64,000 nt of DNA from Vicinamibacterales bacterium (GTDB taxonomy: Bacteria > Acidobacteriota > Vicinamibacteria > Vicinamibacterales > 2-12-FULL-66-21). This document shows positions 55,063-64,000 of this stretch, piece after piece. Every line of letters begins with the position of its first letter. Position 1 is the first letter of the stretch. The notes below the pieces were generated by a model, which searched no databases, was not told where the DNA came from, and saw nothing but the letters and a program-made list of their open reading frames with translations. Where the stretch lies: contig DATLLF010000097.1 in assembly GCA_035537955.1 (NCBI GenBank), positions 13,184 through 77,183 on the forward strand, in the 5' to 3' direction. A program made the translations under genes and the position numbers.

Positions 55063-56205
55063 TCAGATATAGCGAAGCCATCTCGAGTCGCTCCGCTGCT
55101 TGAGGTGCGCGTACCAGCGGCACGGGAAGTACAGGATCACCACGCACACGAAGAAGACCAGGTACAGCAGCGGCAGCCCCCAGCGTTGGTCGGGTGGAAC
55201 GGACACGTAAGGGGCCGTCGCGAACCAGTCGGCATGGGCAGTACCGTCACGAAGAAACCACACGAGCATCGACACGGCGTGGATGGTCGGAATGTGCAGC
55301 AGGTAATAGAACATCGGCACGCGTCCGAAGACCGCGAGCATTTCGCCGATCCGCCCCTTGGCGCGCTCGGCGAACGGCAGCAGCGCAATGGTGGGTCCCA
55401 GGGTCATCAGGAGGAACATCTGTGACGCCGGATACTTCTGCTGATTCAACAGGCGCATCAGTGCGGGAGGGGCGTTTTCCGGAGCGGGCCCTGCGATGAC
55501 CTGGATCACACCGAGTATGAGAAAGGCAGCCGTTGCGAACAGTCCGATGCGAAGACAGAGCCTGCGTCGAATGGATGCTTCGCGGGTGAGGATCGATCCG
55601 AAGGCGTAACCCGCCGCCATCACACCGATCCACGGGACGATCGTGTAGAGAACAGTGACCGATGGTCCGTCCGTCCCGAGCTTGACGTCTTCTCCAAGAT
55701 AGATGAACTGCGAAACAGCGGCCGGCGGCAGCCAGCCGAATACGCTCTGGCCGATGATGACCGCGAGACCGATCGCACCCACCAGCGATGTCGGAAGGAA
55801 GATGAGTCCGGCGAGCAGCACCATGCACCAGCCGAGCATCCAGATCACCCCTGCCAGGATGAACTGTGAGTAGTCGATCCCGAAGGTCCACGAAGCGCGG
55901 ATCACCGTGAGTTCGAGCACGACGAGCATCAATCCGCGCGTGGCGAGATATCGCGCCATCGCGCCGCGGTCACCAGTCTTTCGCAGGTGGAGATACGCGC
56001 CCGTCCCGGCGAGAAAGACGAACGCCGGCGCGCAGAAGTGCGTGACCCAGCGCGTGAAGAATACGCCGGGGCTGGGGCCGCCGGCCGGCACACCCGAATA
56101 GACACGCACGTGGTCGATCGCCATCAGGACCATCACGGCCCCGCGGACGATGTCGACCGACGCCAGTCGCGAGACCCGGGACACGGGAGAGGTGGTGGTG
56201 GTCAT
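55063..56205 (-). CDS. DUF1624 / HGSNAT-like membrane acyltransferase family protein
   Basis: N-terminal RLASVDIVRGAVMVLMAIDHVRVY. About 10 TM segments. GAGGA lies 5 nt upstream of the ATG. Confidence 0.75.
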   Translation of the reverse strand: MTTTTSPVSRVSRLASVDIVRGAVMVLMAIDHVRVYSGVPAGGPSPGVFFTRWVTHFCAPAFVFLAGTGAYLHLRKTGDRGAMARYLATRGLMLVVLELTVIRASWTFGIDYSQFILAGVIWMLGWCMVLLAGLIFLPTSLVGAIGLAVIIGQSVFGWLPPAAVSQFIYLGEDVKLGTDGPSVTVLYTIVPWIGVMAAGYAFGSILTREASIRRRLCLRIGLFATAAFLILGVIQVIAGPAPENAPPALMRLLNQQKYPASQMFLLMTLGPTIALLPFAERAKGRIGEMLAVFGRVPMFYYLLHIPTIHAVSMLVWFLRDGTAHADWFATAPYVSVPPDQRWGLPLLYLVFFVCVVILYFPCRWYAHLKQRSDSRWLRYI

Positions 56206-56306
56206 CGGCGTCCTCGGCGTGCATCATCTCCAACTCCGCCGCCCTTGCCAAGGGTCATGGGCTGGAACCGCCGTGCGAGCTTCGGCAAAGGCACCCCTAC
56301 ACAGCT

Positions 56307-58766
56307 TTACTCCGTCTTGAGTGCGATAACTGGATCCACGCGCGTCGCGCGAAGTGCCGGAACCAGGCTGGCGAGAATCGCCACGATCGTGAGCACCGCA
56401 CCGACGGCGGCGAACGTCAGCGGGTCACCCGGTTTGACGCCGTGCAGCATGTCGCGCATCAACGTCGAGGCCCAGATCGCAATGCCAATGCCGATGACCA
56501 CACCGGTCAGCGTCAGCGCGATGCCCTGGCCGAGCACCATCTGCAGCACCTGAAGTCGCCCAGCCCCGATCGCCACTCGGATGCCGATCTCGCGTGTCCG
56601 CCGGCTGACCACGTAGGACAGCACACCGTAGATTCCAATCGCCGACAGCACCAGCGCGAGCAGCGCAAACACGAGCAGCAGCATTCCAGTGAAGCGCGGC
56701 GTCGACAGTGTCGCACCGACGACGTCCTCCATTGTCCGAATGTCGGCAACGGGCAGATTCGGATCGAGACGACGCAGCCCGGCGCGCACCGGTGAAGTCA
56801 ACGACGCCGGATCGGCCGACGTCTTGAGCACCAGCGTCATGCTGCGGATCGGATTGCCGCTCGATCTGTGCCACTGCGTGTGCGGAATGTAGAACTTCTC
56901 CTTCACCACGCCGGTCAGCTCGTTATGCCGCACGTCACCCACGATCCCGACGACGGTGACCCACGGCCTGTCGGGGCTGTCGCCGCCAAGCCGGATCCTG
57001 CGGCCCAGCGGATCCTGGCCCGGCCAGTACTTGCGCGCCATGTCTTCGTTGATCAGGGCGACCGGCTGGCTGTCGGTGCGGTCCTCCGGCGCGATCCCGC
57101 GGCCGCGGATGATACGCTCCCCGATCGCCTCGAGGTACCCCGGGGTAGCGATCTGCCAGTCACCCTTGGCATTGGTGCCCGGCGGCGGCACGAACCCCTC
57201 GATCTGCAGCCCCCAGTCGCCGATGGTGGAACCGAGCGGCAGCGACCGGACGGCGCCCGCGACCTTCACCCCCGGCAGCGAACGAACGCTCGCCAGCAGA
57301 CCCTCGAAGAAGGCAATCACCTGTTCGGGCCGCTGGTAGCTGGCCTGTGGCAGTGACACTCTCATCGTCAAGACGTTCACCGGGTCGAAGCCAAGGCGGA
57401 TCTGCTGAAGCGACCACAAGCTGCGCACCATCAGGCCGGCGCCAACGAGCAGCACGACGGCGAGCGCCATCTCGACGACGACCAATGCGTTTCTGAACCG
57501 GTGGCGGGCGCCGCCGCCCGACGTGGTCTGGCCGTCCTTCAGCGAGTCGGTCAGATCGACGCGGCGAGCGCGAAGCGCGGGGGCGAGACTGAAGACGATG
57601 CTGGTGAGCAAGGCGACGATCGCCGTAAATGCGAGGACCCTTCCGTCCAGACCCACCGCTCCGACTCGGGGAATGTTTGCGGGGTTCCACCACGCGACGT
57701 ATCGCACGGCGGCGAACGCAAGCAGCAACCCGATGGCAGCCGCGACGCCGGTCAGGACGACGCTTTCGGTCAGCAGCTGCCGGACCAGCCGCCATCCGCC
57801 GGCGCCGAGCGCGGAGCGGACGGCGATCTCGCGCTGACGTGCATCGGCGCGCGCCAGCAACAAGTTGGCAACGTTGGCGCAGGCGATCAGGAGGAGGAAG
57901 CCGACCGCGCCGAGGAGCAGCAGGACCGCTCGGCGCACCCGGCCGACGACTTCATCCGCCAGCGAGACGACGACAGTGTCGAACCGCATCTGCACCGGGT
58001 AGAGCCCTTCTTTGGTCATCGCCTCGGCTATGCCGTGCAGTTCCTCCGCCGCCTGCTGCACCGTGGTACCAGGCTGCAGCCGCCCGGCGGCGTAGTAGCC
58101 GTGACTACCGTGATCGGTGGACGCCGGATCGAGCTGGAGCGGCGTCCAGAGCTGCGTGGGTGCCGGATTCTGAAAATCGGTGGGCAGCACGAAATCGCGC
58201 GGCATGATGCCGACGACCTGGTAAGGCCGGCCATTCAACTGAATCGATCGGCCGATGATGCTGGGATCAGCCCCGTACCGGCGCGTCCACAGCCCGTGAG
58301 CGATCACCACGAGGTCAGGGCCGTTCGGGATGTCCTCCGCGGGTGTGAATGCCCGGCCTTGCTGCGGCGACACGCCGAAGACCGAAAAGAGGTTCGCGCT
58401 GACGGCGGCGTAAGGCACACGCTCGGGCTCACCGTCCCCGGTGATGTTGATCTGCCCTTCGCTCCATCCGGCAACATTCGACAACGTCCGGCTGCGCTTT
58501 CGGTAGTCTACGATCTCGCCTTCGGCGACCCACGTCTTGTCGAACGCCGTCCACTTGCTCCAGATCATCACGGCCCGATCAGGATCGGTCCATGGCAGCG
58601 GCCGCAGCAGGACCGTATTGACGACGCTGAAGATGGCGGCGTTCGCGCCGATACCCAGGGCCAACGTGATGATCGCGACGGCGGCGAACATCGGGTTGCG
58701 GCGAAGGCTGCGCGCCCCGAACTTCAGGTCCGCGACGAGGGTCTCGAGAAAGGTTGAAAGTCGCAT
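56307..58766 (-). CDS. ADOP-type duplicated MacB/FtsX-like ABC transporter permease
   Basis: 819 aa. N-terminus LKFGARSLRRNPMFAAVAIITLALGIGANAAIFSVVNTVLLRPLPW. Two FtsX modules. No adjacent ATPase gene. Confidence 0.9.
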   Translation of the reverse strand: MRLSTFLETLVADLKFGARSLRRNPMFAAVAIITLALGIGANAAIFSVVNTVLLRPLPWTDPDRAVMIWSKWTAFDKTWVAEGEIVDYRKRSRTLSNVAGWSEGQINITGDGEPERVPYAAVSANLFSVFGVSPQQGRAFTPAEDIPNGPDLVVIAHGLWTRRYGADPSIIGRSIQLNGRPYQVVGIMPRDFVLPTDFQNPAPTQLWTPLQLDPASTDHGSHGYYAAGRLQPGTTVQQAAEELHGIAEAMTKEGLYPVQMRFDTVVVSLADEVVGRVRRAVLLLLGAVGFLLLIACANVANLLLARADARQREIAVRSALGAGGWRLVRQLLTESVVLTGVAAAIGLLLAFAAVRYVAWWNPANIPRVGAVGLDGRVLAFTAIVALLTSIVFSLAPALRARRVDLTDSLKDGQTTSGGGARHRFRNALVVVEMALAVVLLVGAGLMVRSLWSLQQIRLGFDPVNVLTMRVSLPQASYQRPEQVIAFFEGLLASVRSLPGVKVAGAVRSLPLGSTIGDWGLQIEGFVPPPGTNAKGDWQIATPGYLEAIGERIIRGRGIAPEDRTDSQPVALINEDMARKYWPGQDPLGRRIRLGGDSPDRPWVTVVGIVGDVRHNELTGVVKEKFYIPHTQWHRSSGNPIRSMTLVLKTSADPASLTSPVRAGLRRLDPNLPVADIRTMEDVVGATLSTPRFTGMLLLVFALLALVLSAIGIYGVLSYVVSRRTREIGIRVAIGAGRLQVLQMVLGQGIALTLTGVVIGIGIAIWASTLMRDMLHGVKPGDPLTFAAVGAVLTIVAILASLVPALRATRVDPVIALKTE

Positions 58767-58990
58767 GGCTCTGGGTTTGGACGGATGCAGGCGTCGTTAC
58801 GGTTGCTTACGCCACGGTCAATAGCATGGATCGCTCAGGGACTGCGATCGCTGCACCTCGTAATGCAGCTGAACCACGGCGTCGGGAAATTGTTGAACGC
58901 CGGCACGACCACGCAGCACCGAGCAAGCACAACAATCCAGGGCAGGCGCGCGGGTCCGCGGCTTGCACCCCATCCCGATAGCCTGCGGCC

Positions 58991-59023
58991 ATCGGTCGAT
59001 CGTCGATCGACCGATCGGTCGAT
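58991..59023. repeat. three copies (direct, inverted, direct) of ATCGGTCGAT upstream of a small ORF
   Basis: ATCGGTCGATCG t CGATCGACCGAT is a palindrome at 58991-59015, and ATCGGTCGAT occurs again at 59014-59023. The Shine-Dalgarno sequence GGGAGGAG follows at 59027-59034. Confidence 0.7.
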
Positions 59024-59041
59024 GGCGGGAGGAGCTGAGCA

Positions 59042-59254
59042 ATGGAGATCTCGACTGCCGTCGTGCTCGCGATCGTGCTCGTGATGGCGCTCTGGCTTCC
59101 GTACGCCATCTATTACATTCGCGAGGGTAAGGCGCGCGGACACACCTGGTTCACCTGGTGGAAGCCGCGGGGCCACTCGGACATCGGCAAGGACATTGGT
59201 GGACCGCGACTCACTCGGCCTGGCGCAGACGATGCGAAGGGGGCACGTTACTGA
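59042..59254 (+). CDS. small single-TM protein
   Basis: 70 aa: MEISTAVVLAIVLVMALWLPYAIYYI... Strong Shine-Dalgarno sequence 7 nt upstream. High third-position GC. Confidence 0.5.
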   Translation: MEISTAVVLAIVLVMALWLPYAIYYIREGKARGHTWFTWWKPRGHSDIGKDIGGPRLTRPGADDAKGARY

Positions 59255-59291
59255 GCGAGCGATACTTTTGCGGGACGTATCATCGGCGGCC

Positions 59292-60074
59292 TCACACCGG
59301 TGACCGGATCCGCCGGCACCATGCATGGACGGCCTGATCCACCGCGTAGCCGATGACACCCGCCGCAATGATCGCGAGAAACCAGCGTCCCTCGCCCAGG
59401 CCTCCCAGCTGGAGCATCGACTCGCGCTGACCGGCGGCCTCCGACGGATCATGCGTCCACGCGGCGCGCACGAGGAAGAAGCCGAGTGTCGCGATGAGAC
59501 CGCCGCGCACGGCAATGCCGAAATGGCTGATCGTCGCGATCCGGCCTCGCCAGTCACTGGTGACGCATGACATGTCGACCTTCGGATCCGGCTTGCCGCG
59601 CACGCCGGCGAGAAGCTGCGATGCACCGTAGACCAACACAATTGCGCCGACGATCCCGAGCAGCAGCTCACCGAATGGTAGATCCAGAACGCGCGCGCTG
59701 TAGAGTCGTGCCTCGTTGCCCTTCGAACCGCTGAGACCGCGCAGCAGCCGGAACGCCTCGACCCCGAGTCCGCCGTACAGGACCCCGCGGATCGCGTTTC
59801 CGATGCGCGTCACCAGGCCGCCCGCCGACGTGCCATCTCGATCGGGATCGAGAAAGGCGTCCAGCAACCGCCACACGCCGTACCCGCTGAGGCCGACTGC
59901 GACCACGATCAGCAGGAAGCGGCCGAATGGCTGCGTCAACACGACACGCAGTGCTCCACTGGTGTCGGTGACGCGTCCGCCACGGTTGAGCGCCGTCATG
60001 ATCGCCAGCATGCCGACGATGGCGTAGACGACCGCCTTCGATGCATAGCCAAGACGAGCGAGCGTTTCGAGCAT
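59292..60074 (-). CDS. DUF1206-like membrane protein
   Basis: Repeated helix pairs (LARLGYASKAVVYAIVGMLAI...). I prefer ATG 60074, which has GAGGAG just upstream. The track ORF extends to 60221. Confidence 0.65.
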   Translation of the reverse strand: MLETLARLGYASKAVVYAIVGMLAIMTALNRGGRVTDTSGALRVVLTQPFGRFLLIVVAVGLSGYGVWRLLDAFLDPDRDGTSAGGLVTRIGNAIRGVLYGGLGVEAFRLLRGLSGSKGNEARLYSARVLDLPFGELLLGIVGAIVLVYGASQLLAGVRGKPDPKVDMSCVTSDWRGRIATISHFGIAVRGGLIATLGFFLVRAAWTHDPSEAAGQRESMLQLGGLGEGRWFLAIIAAGVIGYAVDQAVHAWCRRIRSPV

Positions 60075-60224
60075 CAACTCCTCAATAGAGTGTGCATGCA
60101 AGTCTGGTGCGGGGTCTCGCCGCTTGAAGTCCGCGAGCGCGTTCCGCCCCGCCAAATCCGATCGTGCCGGAGGCGGAGCACACACACACAGTTGCAAGAG
60201 TGCGACGCGCGGAACAGTCACAGG

Positions 60225-61205
60225 CTAGTCCTGGACTTCGTAGATCTTGATTGCCGCCTTCTGCGCACCCCTGTGGGGGACGGCGAGGTACAGGCGTCGC
60301 TGATCGGGCGTGAACAGCGCCGTGCGAGCACCTGCGTCGGTTTTGATCCGAGCGAGGCGCGCGAGCTTCGCGTTGAGTGCGGTGTCGAGGACGTCGATGA
60401 ATCCTTCGCCGCCAGCCACATAGAGCCGATTCAGCCTCGTATCGAGGAACATATCGTCAGTGTCGCCAACGATTTCGGCCGAACCGATCGGCTTCCCGCT
60501 CTGGGTGTCATAGACCAGCACCCTGGCCGGATTTCGACATCCGATGAAGAGGCGGTGATGGGCCTCATCAAGTGCCATCGGGTAGTTCGCCCGCGCCTCA
60601 GAGACCGGCCACGTGGCAGTGACCCGCATCGCTGATCGGTCGATAACGGCAATCTGCCCGCCCGACGGCACGTTGACAAAGATGCGGGGACCCGCGCGCT
60701 CGAGTTGAAACGATTCGGGATGGCCCGCGAGCTTTACAGTGCCGACAATGGTCGCGCCGATGGGATCGACGGCCGCGATCGCGCCGCTGCCGTAACCAAC
60801 GAAAAGTCTCCTCGCTCCCGCGTCGTACCGTACGTTGTCCGAATCGTCGCCGAGCGCAATCGCTTTACGTGGTTGCGAGTCGTCGAGGCCAATAAACTGG
60901 ACGCCCTCTCCCTGACCATTTGCAACCGCGACCACACCTGCATCCGTCGCGAGCGCGATGCCTTGCGGCTCACGAAAGCCTGCGAGGCTCTTCACATGGA
61001 CGGCCTTCTTCACGTCGATCACTTCCACGGTGTTGTTGCCAAGTGCCGCGATGAACACCCTCCCGCCCACCGCGTCGAACGCGAGATGGTCGATACGGCC
61101 CTCAACTCGTGGCAGCTCGATCGTGTGGACCAGCGTCAGGGGCGGCTTCGAAGAAGATTGCATCGCGATCGCAAGCACAATGGCGACGGCAGCCCATGCA
61201 CGCAT
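60225..61205 (-). CDS. secreted beta-propeller repeat protein (YncE/YVTN-like)
   Basis: Signal peptide, then repeated ~40-aa units ending in V(I/Y)D-type strands (VEVIDV, IAAVDP, IAVIDR, VLVYDT, IDVLDT). Confidence 0.65.
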   Translation of the reverse strand: MRAWAAVAIVLAIAMQSSSKPPLTLVHTIELPRVEGRIDHLAFDAVGGRVFIAALGNNTVEVIDVKKAVHVKSLAGFREPQGIALATDAGVVAVANGQGEGVQFIGLDDSQPRKAIALGDDSDNVRYDAGARRLFVGYGSGAIAAVDPIGATIVGTVKLAGHPESFQLERAGPRIFVNVPSGGQIAVIDRSAMRVTATWPVSEARANYPMALDEAHHRLFIGCRNPARVLVYDTQSGKPIGSAEIVGDTDDMFLDTRLNRLYVAGGEGFIDVLDTALNAKLARLARIKTDAGARTALFTPDQRRLYLAVPHRGAQKAAIKIYEVQD

Positions 61206-61213
61206 AACGCCTC

Positions 61214-62134
61214 CTACTTCGGTGCCGGCGCGCCACGTTTGCCAAGCTCCGCCAGTGCCGCTTTGAATCCCGTCGCGAGCTTTTCCGCTGGCCCGGTGCC
61301 CCAGTAATGAAGAAAGAAGATCGTCGGCTGTGTCTGCGTCATGTGGTGGTGAATCGAGACGACGTCGAGGCCATTCTTCCGCAGCGCCTTCAATACCGGC
61401 GTGACCTCATTCGCCAGCATGGCGACGTCGCCGGCGATTGCGGCGTTGTCGCTGGTGCCGACGAAGGCTGCCCACGTATTCAGTCCCATCCGCGCGTTGA
61501 TCGGTGCGCCCATCTCCGTCAGCTTCAAATCGTCGCGACCGACCGTGATCTTGTAGACGGCGCCGTTCTGCTCGCCTTGCGCGCCAACGATCTGCGCGAT
61601 CTTTGCGGCGTCAAGCTGCCCGCCGGCCGGCGCCGAAGTCGCCGTCGCGGCGGTTGCACGCGCGCCGCCCTTGCCGATCAGGGTCAGCGCCGGTTTGAGC
61701 TTGTTCGCGAGATCGGCCGCCGCGCCGTGGCCGTGCACGTGCATGTAGAAGACTCTGGGCTCCTCCCAGAAGAAATGGTTGTGCAGGGCTGTGACCTCCA
61801 ACCCGTTATCGAGCAGTGCCGACATCACCGGATTGACTTCGTCCTGCGTCAGAACGAGATCTCCCATCAAGACTTCCATTCCTCCGGTGCCCTTCGTCAT
61901 CGCCACCCATCCGCCAAAACCAAACGGTGTCGGCGTTCTGACCGTGCCGACCGTGACACTGAGATCGTTCCGGGGGATATTCACTTTGAGCACGTTGGCC
62001 TTGAAATCCCCTTGTTTCCCTAATGTCGTCAACACCTGCTGGTACTCGGCCGGCATGTCCTGCGCGAGAAGTGAAGAGAAAGATGCCGAACCGATCGCGA
62101 GGACCCATAGCGCGACAGCGACACACCGTTTCAT
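61214..62134 (-). CDS. DUF1259 (LppY/LpqO-like) secreted protein, two internal repeats
   Basis: Two copies of the ...GDLVLTQDEVNPVMSALLDNGLEVTALHNHF... / ...GDVAMLANEVTPVLKALRKNGLDVVSIHHHM... module. GGAGGG Shine-Dalgarno sequence. Confidence 0.75.
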   Translation of the reverse strand: MKRCVAVALWVLAIGSASFSSLLAQDMPAEYQQVLTTLGKQGDFKANVLKVNIPRNDLSVTVGTVRTPTPFGFGGWVAMTKGTGGMEVLMGDLVLTQDEVNPVMSALLDNGLEVTALHNHFFWEEPRVFYMHVHGHGAAADLANKLKPALTLIGKGGARATAATATSAPAGGQLDAAKIAQIVGAQGEQNGAVYKITVGRDDLKLTEMGAPINARMGLNTWAAFVGTSDNAAIAGDVAMLANEVTPVLKALRKNGLDVVSIHHHMTQTQPTIFFLHYWGTGPAEKLATGFKAALAELGKRGAPAPK

Positions 62135-62289
62135 GATGTCCCTCCAAGACGCTCGTATCTGGCTGCTGATTGCTCAGTCGCGTCAGCGTCCGGAAACGAA
62201 CTCTATTACCATCTTTTTTCACTGTACGGTCGGAGGTTTCGAATGTTCGTGCGTGGACGCGCGCTAGAATGGCGGCGCCGGAACGAATC

Positions 62290-63669
62290 ATGAAATCAGC
62301 GACCCGGGCGCTCGCTACGACCGGCATTCTTCTCAGTCTCCTCTACGGCAATCGAGAAGTCGGTAACGGTCAAAGACGACGACCGAACATCCTATTGATC
62401 GTCGCCGACGACTTGGGCTATTCCGACATCGGAGTGTACGGCAGCCGGGATATTCCAACGCCGAACATCGATCGACTCGCTGGACAGGGGATTCGCTTCA
62501 CGGACGGTTACGTCAGTGGTCCCTATTGCGCCCCGACACGCGCCGGTCTCATGACGGGCCGTTATCCGCAGCGTTTCGGTTTTGAATTCAATCCTGACGG
62601 ATCACCGGAGTTCGGCTTGCCTCTGAGCGAGAAGACGATCGCCGACAGGCTGAAGGCGGCCGGATATCGCACCGCGCTGTTCGGCAAGTGGCATCTCGGT
62701 TTGTCAGATCGATTGCACCCGATGCGGCGCGGATTCGAAGAGTTCTATGGTTTTCTGGGGGCTGAACACTCGTACATGAAGGCAGGGTACGTCGATGTCG
62801 GTACGCATCTGCCAGACCCGCTGCTCGACGGCCGCAAGCCCGTTTCGTCGGTGACGTACCTCACGGACGCTCTCGGCGATCGCGCGGTGGCCTACATCAA
62901 ACGACGCGCGTCAGAACCGTTCTTCCTCTATCTCGCGTTCAACGCGGCGCACGTGCCCATGGAAGCTCCCCAAAAGTACGTCGCCCGTTTTCCGAACATC
63001 GCGGATCCGCAGCGCCGCACCTACGCCGCCATGCTGTCGGCGATGGACGACGCGATAGGCCGAACTCTGAGCGCCGTGCGTGATGCGGGCCTCGAAGACA
63101 ACACGTTTGTGATTTTCATGAACGACAACGGCGGGCCGACGATGCCGACAACGTCGATGAACGGATCTAATAATGCCCCGCTGCGCGGGTCAAAGCGGCA
63201 GACCTGGGAGGGCGGCATCCGCGTCGCGTTTCTAATGTCCTGGAAGGGACATCTCGACGCGGGGCGCGTGGAGCACCGGCCGATCATTCAGCTCGACGTG
63301 CTGCCGACGGTGCTTGCGGCGGCGGCCGCGACGACAAACGCAGCCGAGTACGACGGTGTCAATCTCCTGCCGTTTCTGACCGGCACAGTGCCCGGTGAAC
63401 CGCACGACGCGCTGTTCTGGCGCCTCGGCGGCATGATGGCCATTCGGAGAGGCGACTGGAAGTTGGTGAAGACTCGCGACGGGCCGCTGATTGACATCGA
63501 TCCGGCGGCCTTGCGCGATTTGTCGGACGCCGGTCTCTACAATCTTTCCGAAGATATCGGCGAGACGCGGGACCGTGCCGCCGAGCGTCCGGACAAGGTA
63601 AAGGAGCTCAGCGACGTCTGGCAGGCGTGGAATCACCAACTGCCCAAGCCGTCGTGGATGCCTCGATGA
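62290..63669 (+). CDS. type I arylsulfatase (Cys-type formylglycine motif)
   Basis: ILLIVADDLGYSD and the canonical CAPTRAGLMTGR motif. The start is ATG 62290 or 62269; the track ORF begins at 62170. Confidence 0.85.
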   Translation: MKSATRALATTGILLSLLYGNREVGNGQRRRPNILLIVADDLGYSDIGVYGSRDIPTPNIDRLAGQGIRFTDGYVSGPYCAPTRAGLMTGRYPQRFGFEFNPDGSPEFGLPLSEKTIADRLKAAGYRTALFGKWHLGLSDRLHPMRRGFEEFYGFLGAEHSYMKAGYVDVGTHLPDPLLDGRKPVSSVTYLTDALGDRAVAYIKRRASEPFFLYLAFNAAHVPMEAPQKYVARFPNIADPQRRTYAAMLSAMDDAIGRTLSAVRDAGLEDNTFVIFMNDNGGPTMPTTSMNGSNNAPLRGSKRQTWEGGIRVAFLMSWKGHLDAGRVEHRPIIQLDVLPTVLAAAAATTNAAEYDGVNLLPFLTGTVPGEPHDALFWRLGGMMAIRRGDWKLVKTRDGPLIDIDPAALRDLSDAGLYNLSEDIGETRDRAAERPDKVKELSDVWQAWNHQLPKPSWMPR

Positions 63670-63691
63670 AAGGGCCAGAGAGATCCCGCAC

Positions 63692-64000
63692 ATGCAGGCG
63701 ACCGCGCAACAGGAGCGGATGACCAGTACACCGAGCGCAAGGCGACGGCTCGCTGGCCTGCTGGTGCCGGTGGCGGTCTTTGCCGTTCTCCTGGCGAACG
63801 CGCTGACTGATGGATACTTCCGGGACGAGTTCTATTATCTCGCCTGCGCCCGGCGACTCGCGTGGGGATATGTCGACCATCCGCCTTTGAGCGTCGCGCT
63901 GCTCGCCGTCATCACAGCCATCTTCGCCGATTCCTTGATCGTCCTCCGCGTGACTGCGGCGGCCGCAGGCGCTGCGTCCGTGTGGCTGACGGGCCGGCTG
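63692..64000 (+). CDS. PMT_2 / GT39-like membrane glycosyltransferase, N-terminal fragment (runs off the window)
   Basis: The frame is open to the window end. The motif RDEFYYLACARRLAWGYVDHPPL is typical of ArnT/PMT-like enzymes. An alternative ATG lies at 63719. Confidence 0.7.
   Translation, partial: MQATAQQERMTSTPSARRRLAGLLVPVAVFAVLLANALTDGYFRDEFYYLACARRLAWGYVDHPPLSVALLAVITAIFADSLIVLRVTAAAAGAASVWLTGRL

Noticed and set aside
54890-55081. 63-aa small ORF in the low-GC convergent spacer with a lasso-peptide-like C-terminus (…EYSITGGRYGNGERTD…, Thr near a putative cleavage site, Gly then Glu 7-8 residues later)
   Set aside because: No lasso cyclase, leader peptidase or exporter gene lies nearby. 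Its third-position GC (~55 percent by my count) is far below that of the neighbouring genes. It has no Shine-Dalgarno sequence, and its start overlaps the DUF1624 gene end. It is most likely non-coding.
60179-60190. (CA)6 dinucleotide run upstream of the DUF1206 gene
   Set aside because: It is too short to be meaningful on its own, and it has no associated structure or motif.
1-64000. Search for rRNA, tRNA, CRISPR arrays, transposases, integrases, phage genes and known defence-system genes
   Set aside because: I found none by eye. There are no T-loop/acceptor-like tRNA signatures in the spacers, no regularly spaced direct repeats of 25-40 bp, and no DDE, tyrosine- or serine-recombinase motifs in any frame. 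A covariance-model or HMM scan would be needed to exclude small ncRNAs.

Overview
High-GC (about two-thirds G+C by eye), densely coding bacterial chromosomal segment. I call about 45 protein-coding genes. I found no rRNA, tRNA, CRISPR array, transposase or integrase. An ADOP-type duplicated FtsX permease, two very large CarboxypepD_reg-type TonB-dependent receptors, many secreted peptidases and sulfatase-fold proteins suggest an Acidobacteriota-like soil bacterium; this is inference, not proof. Housekeeping genes include ftsH, a class A PBP, glk, infA, a DEAD-box helicase, cca, an NAD-type isocitrate dehydrogenase, proline dehydrogenase, tkt and nadE. The main items worth a second look are listed here. 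(1) A head-to-head pair of TLC/Npt-type nucleotide-transporter homologues fused to long HEAT-repeat arrays, one also carrying two degenerate cyclic-nucleotide-binding domains (42036-48366). (2) A protein with two tandem, degenerate diadenylate-cyclase-like (DisA_N) modules (24561-25922). (3) A three-domain acyl-AMP ligase / carrier / PlsC acyltransferase fusion. (4) A soluble kinase-pseudokinase tandem next to the PBP gene. (5) A dispersed family of low-GC heptad-repeat hairpin elements that fill intergenic spacers, two copies of which bracket one gene. (6) A recurrent TAnnnT hexamer 6-7 nt upstream of the start codon at operon-leading genes, suggesting leaderless mRNAs; three very short divergent spacers show it. 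All functional calls rest on motifs read by eye from the translations. No database search was run.
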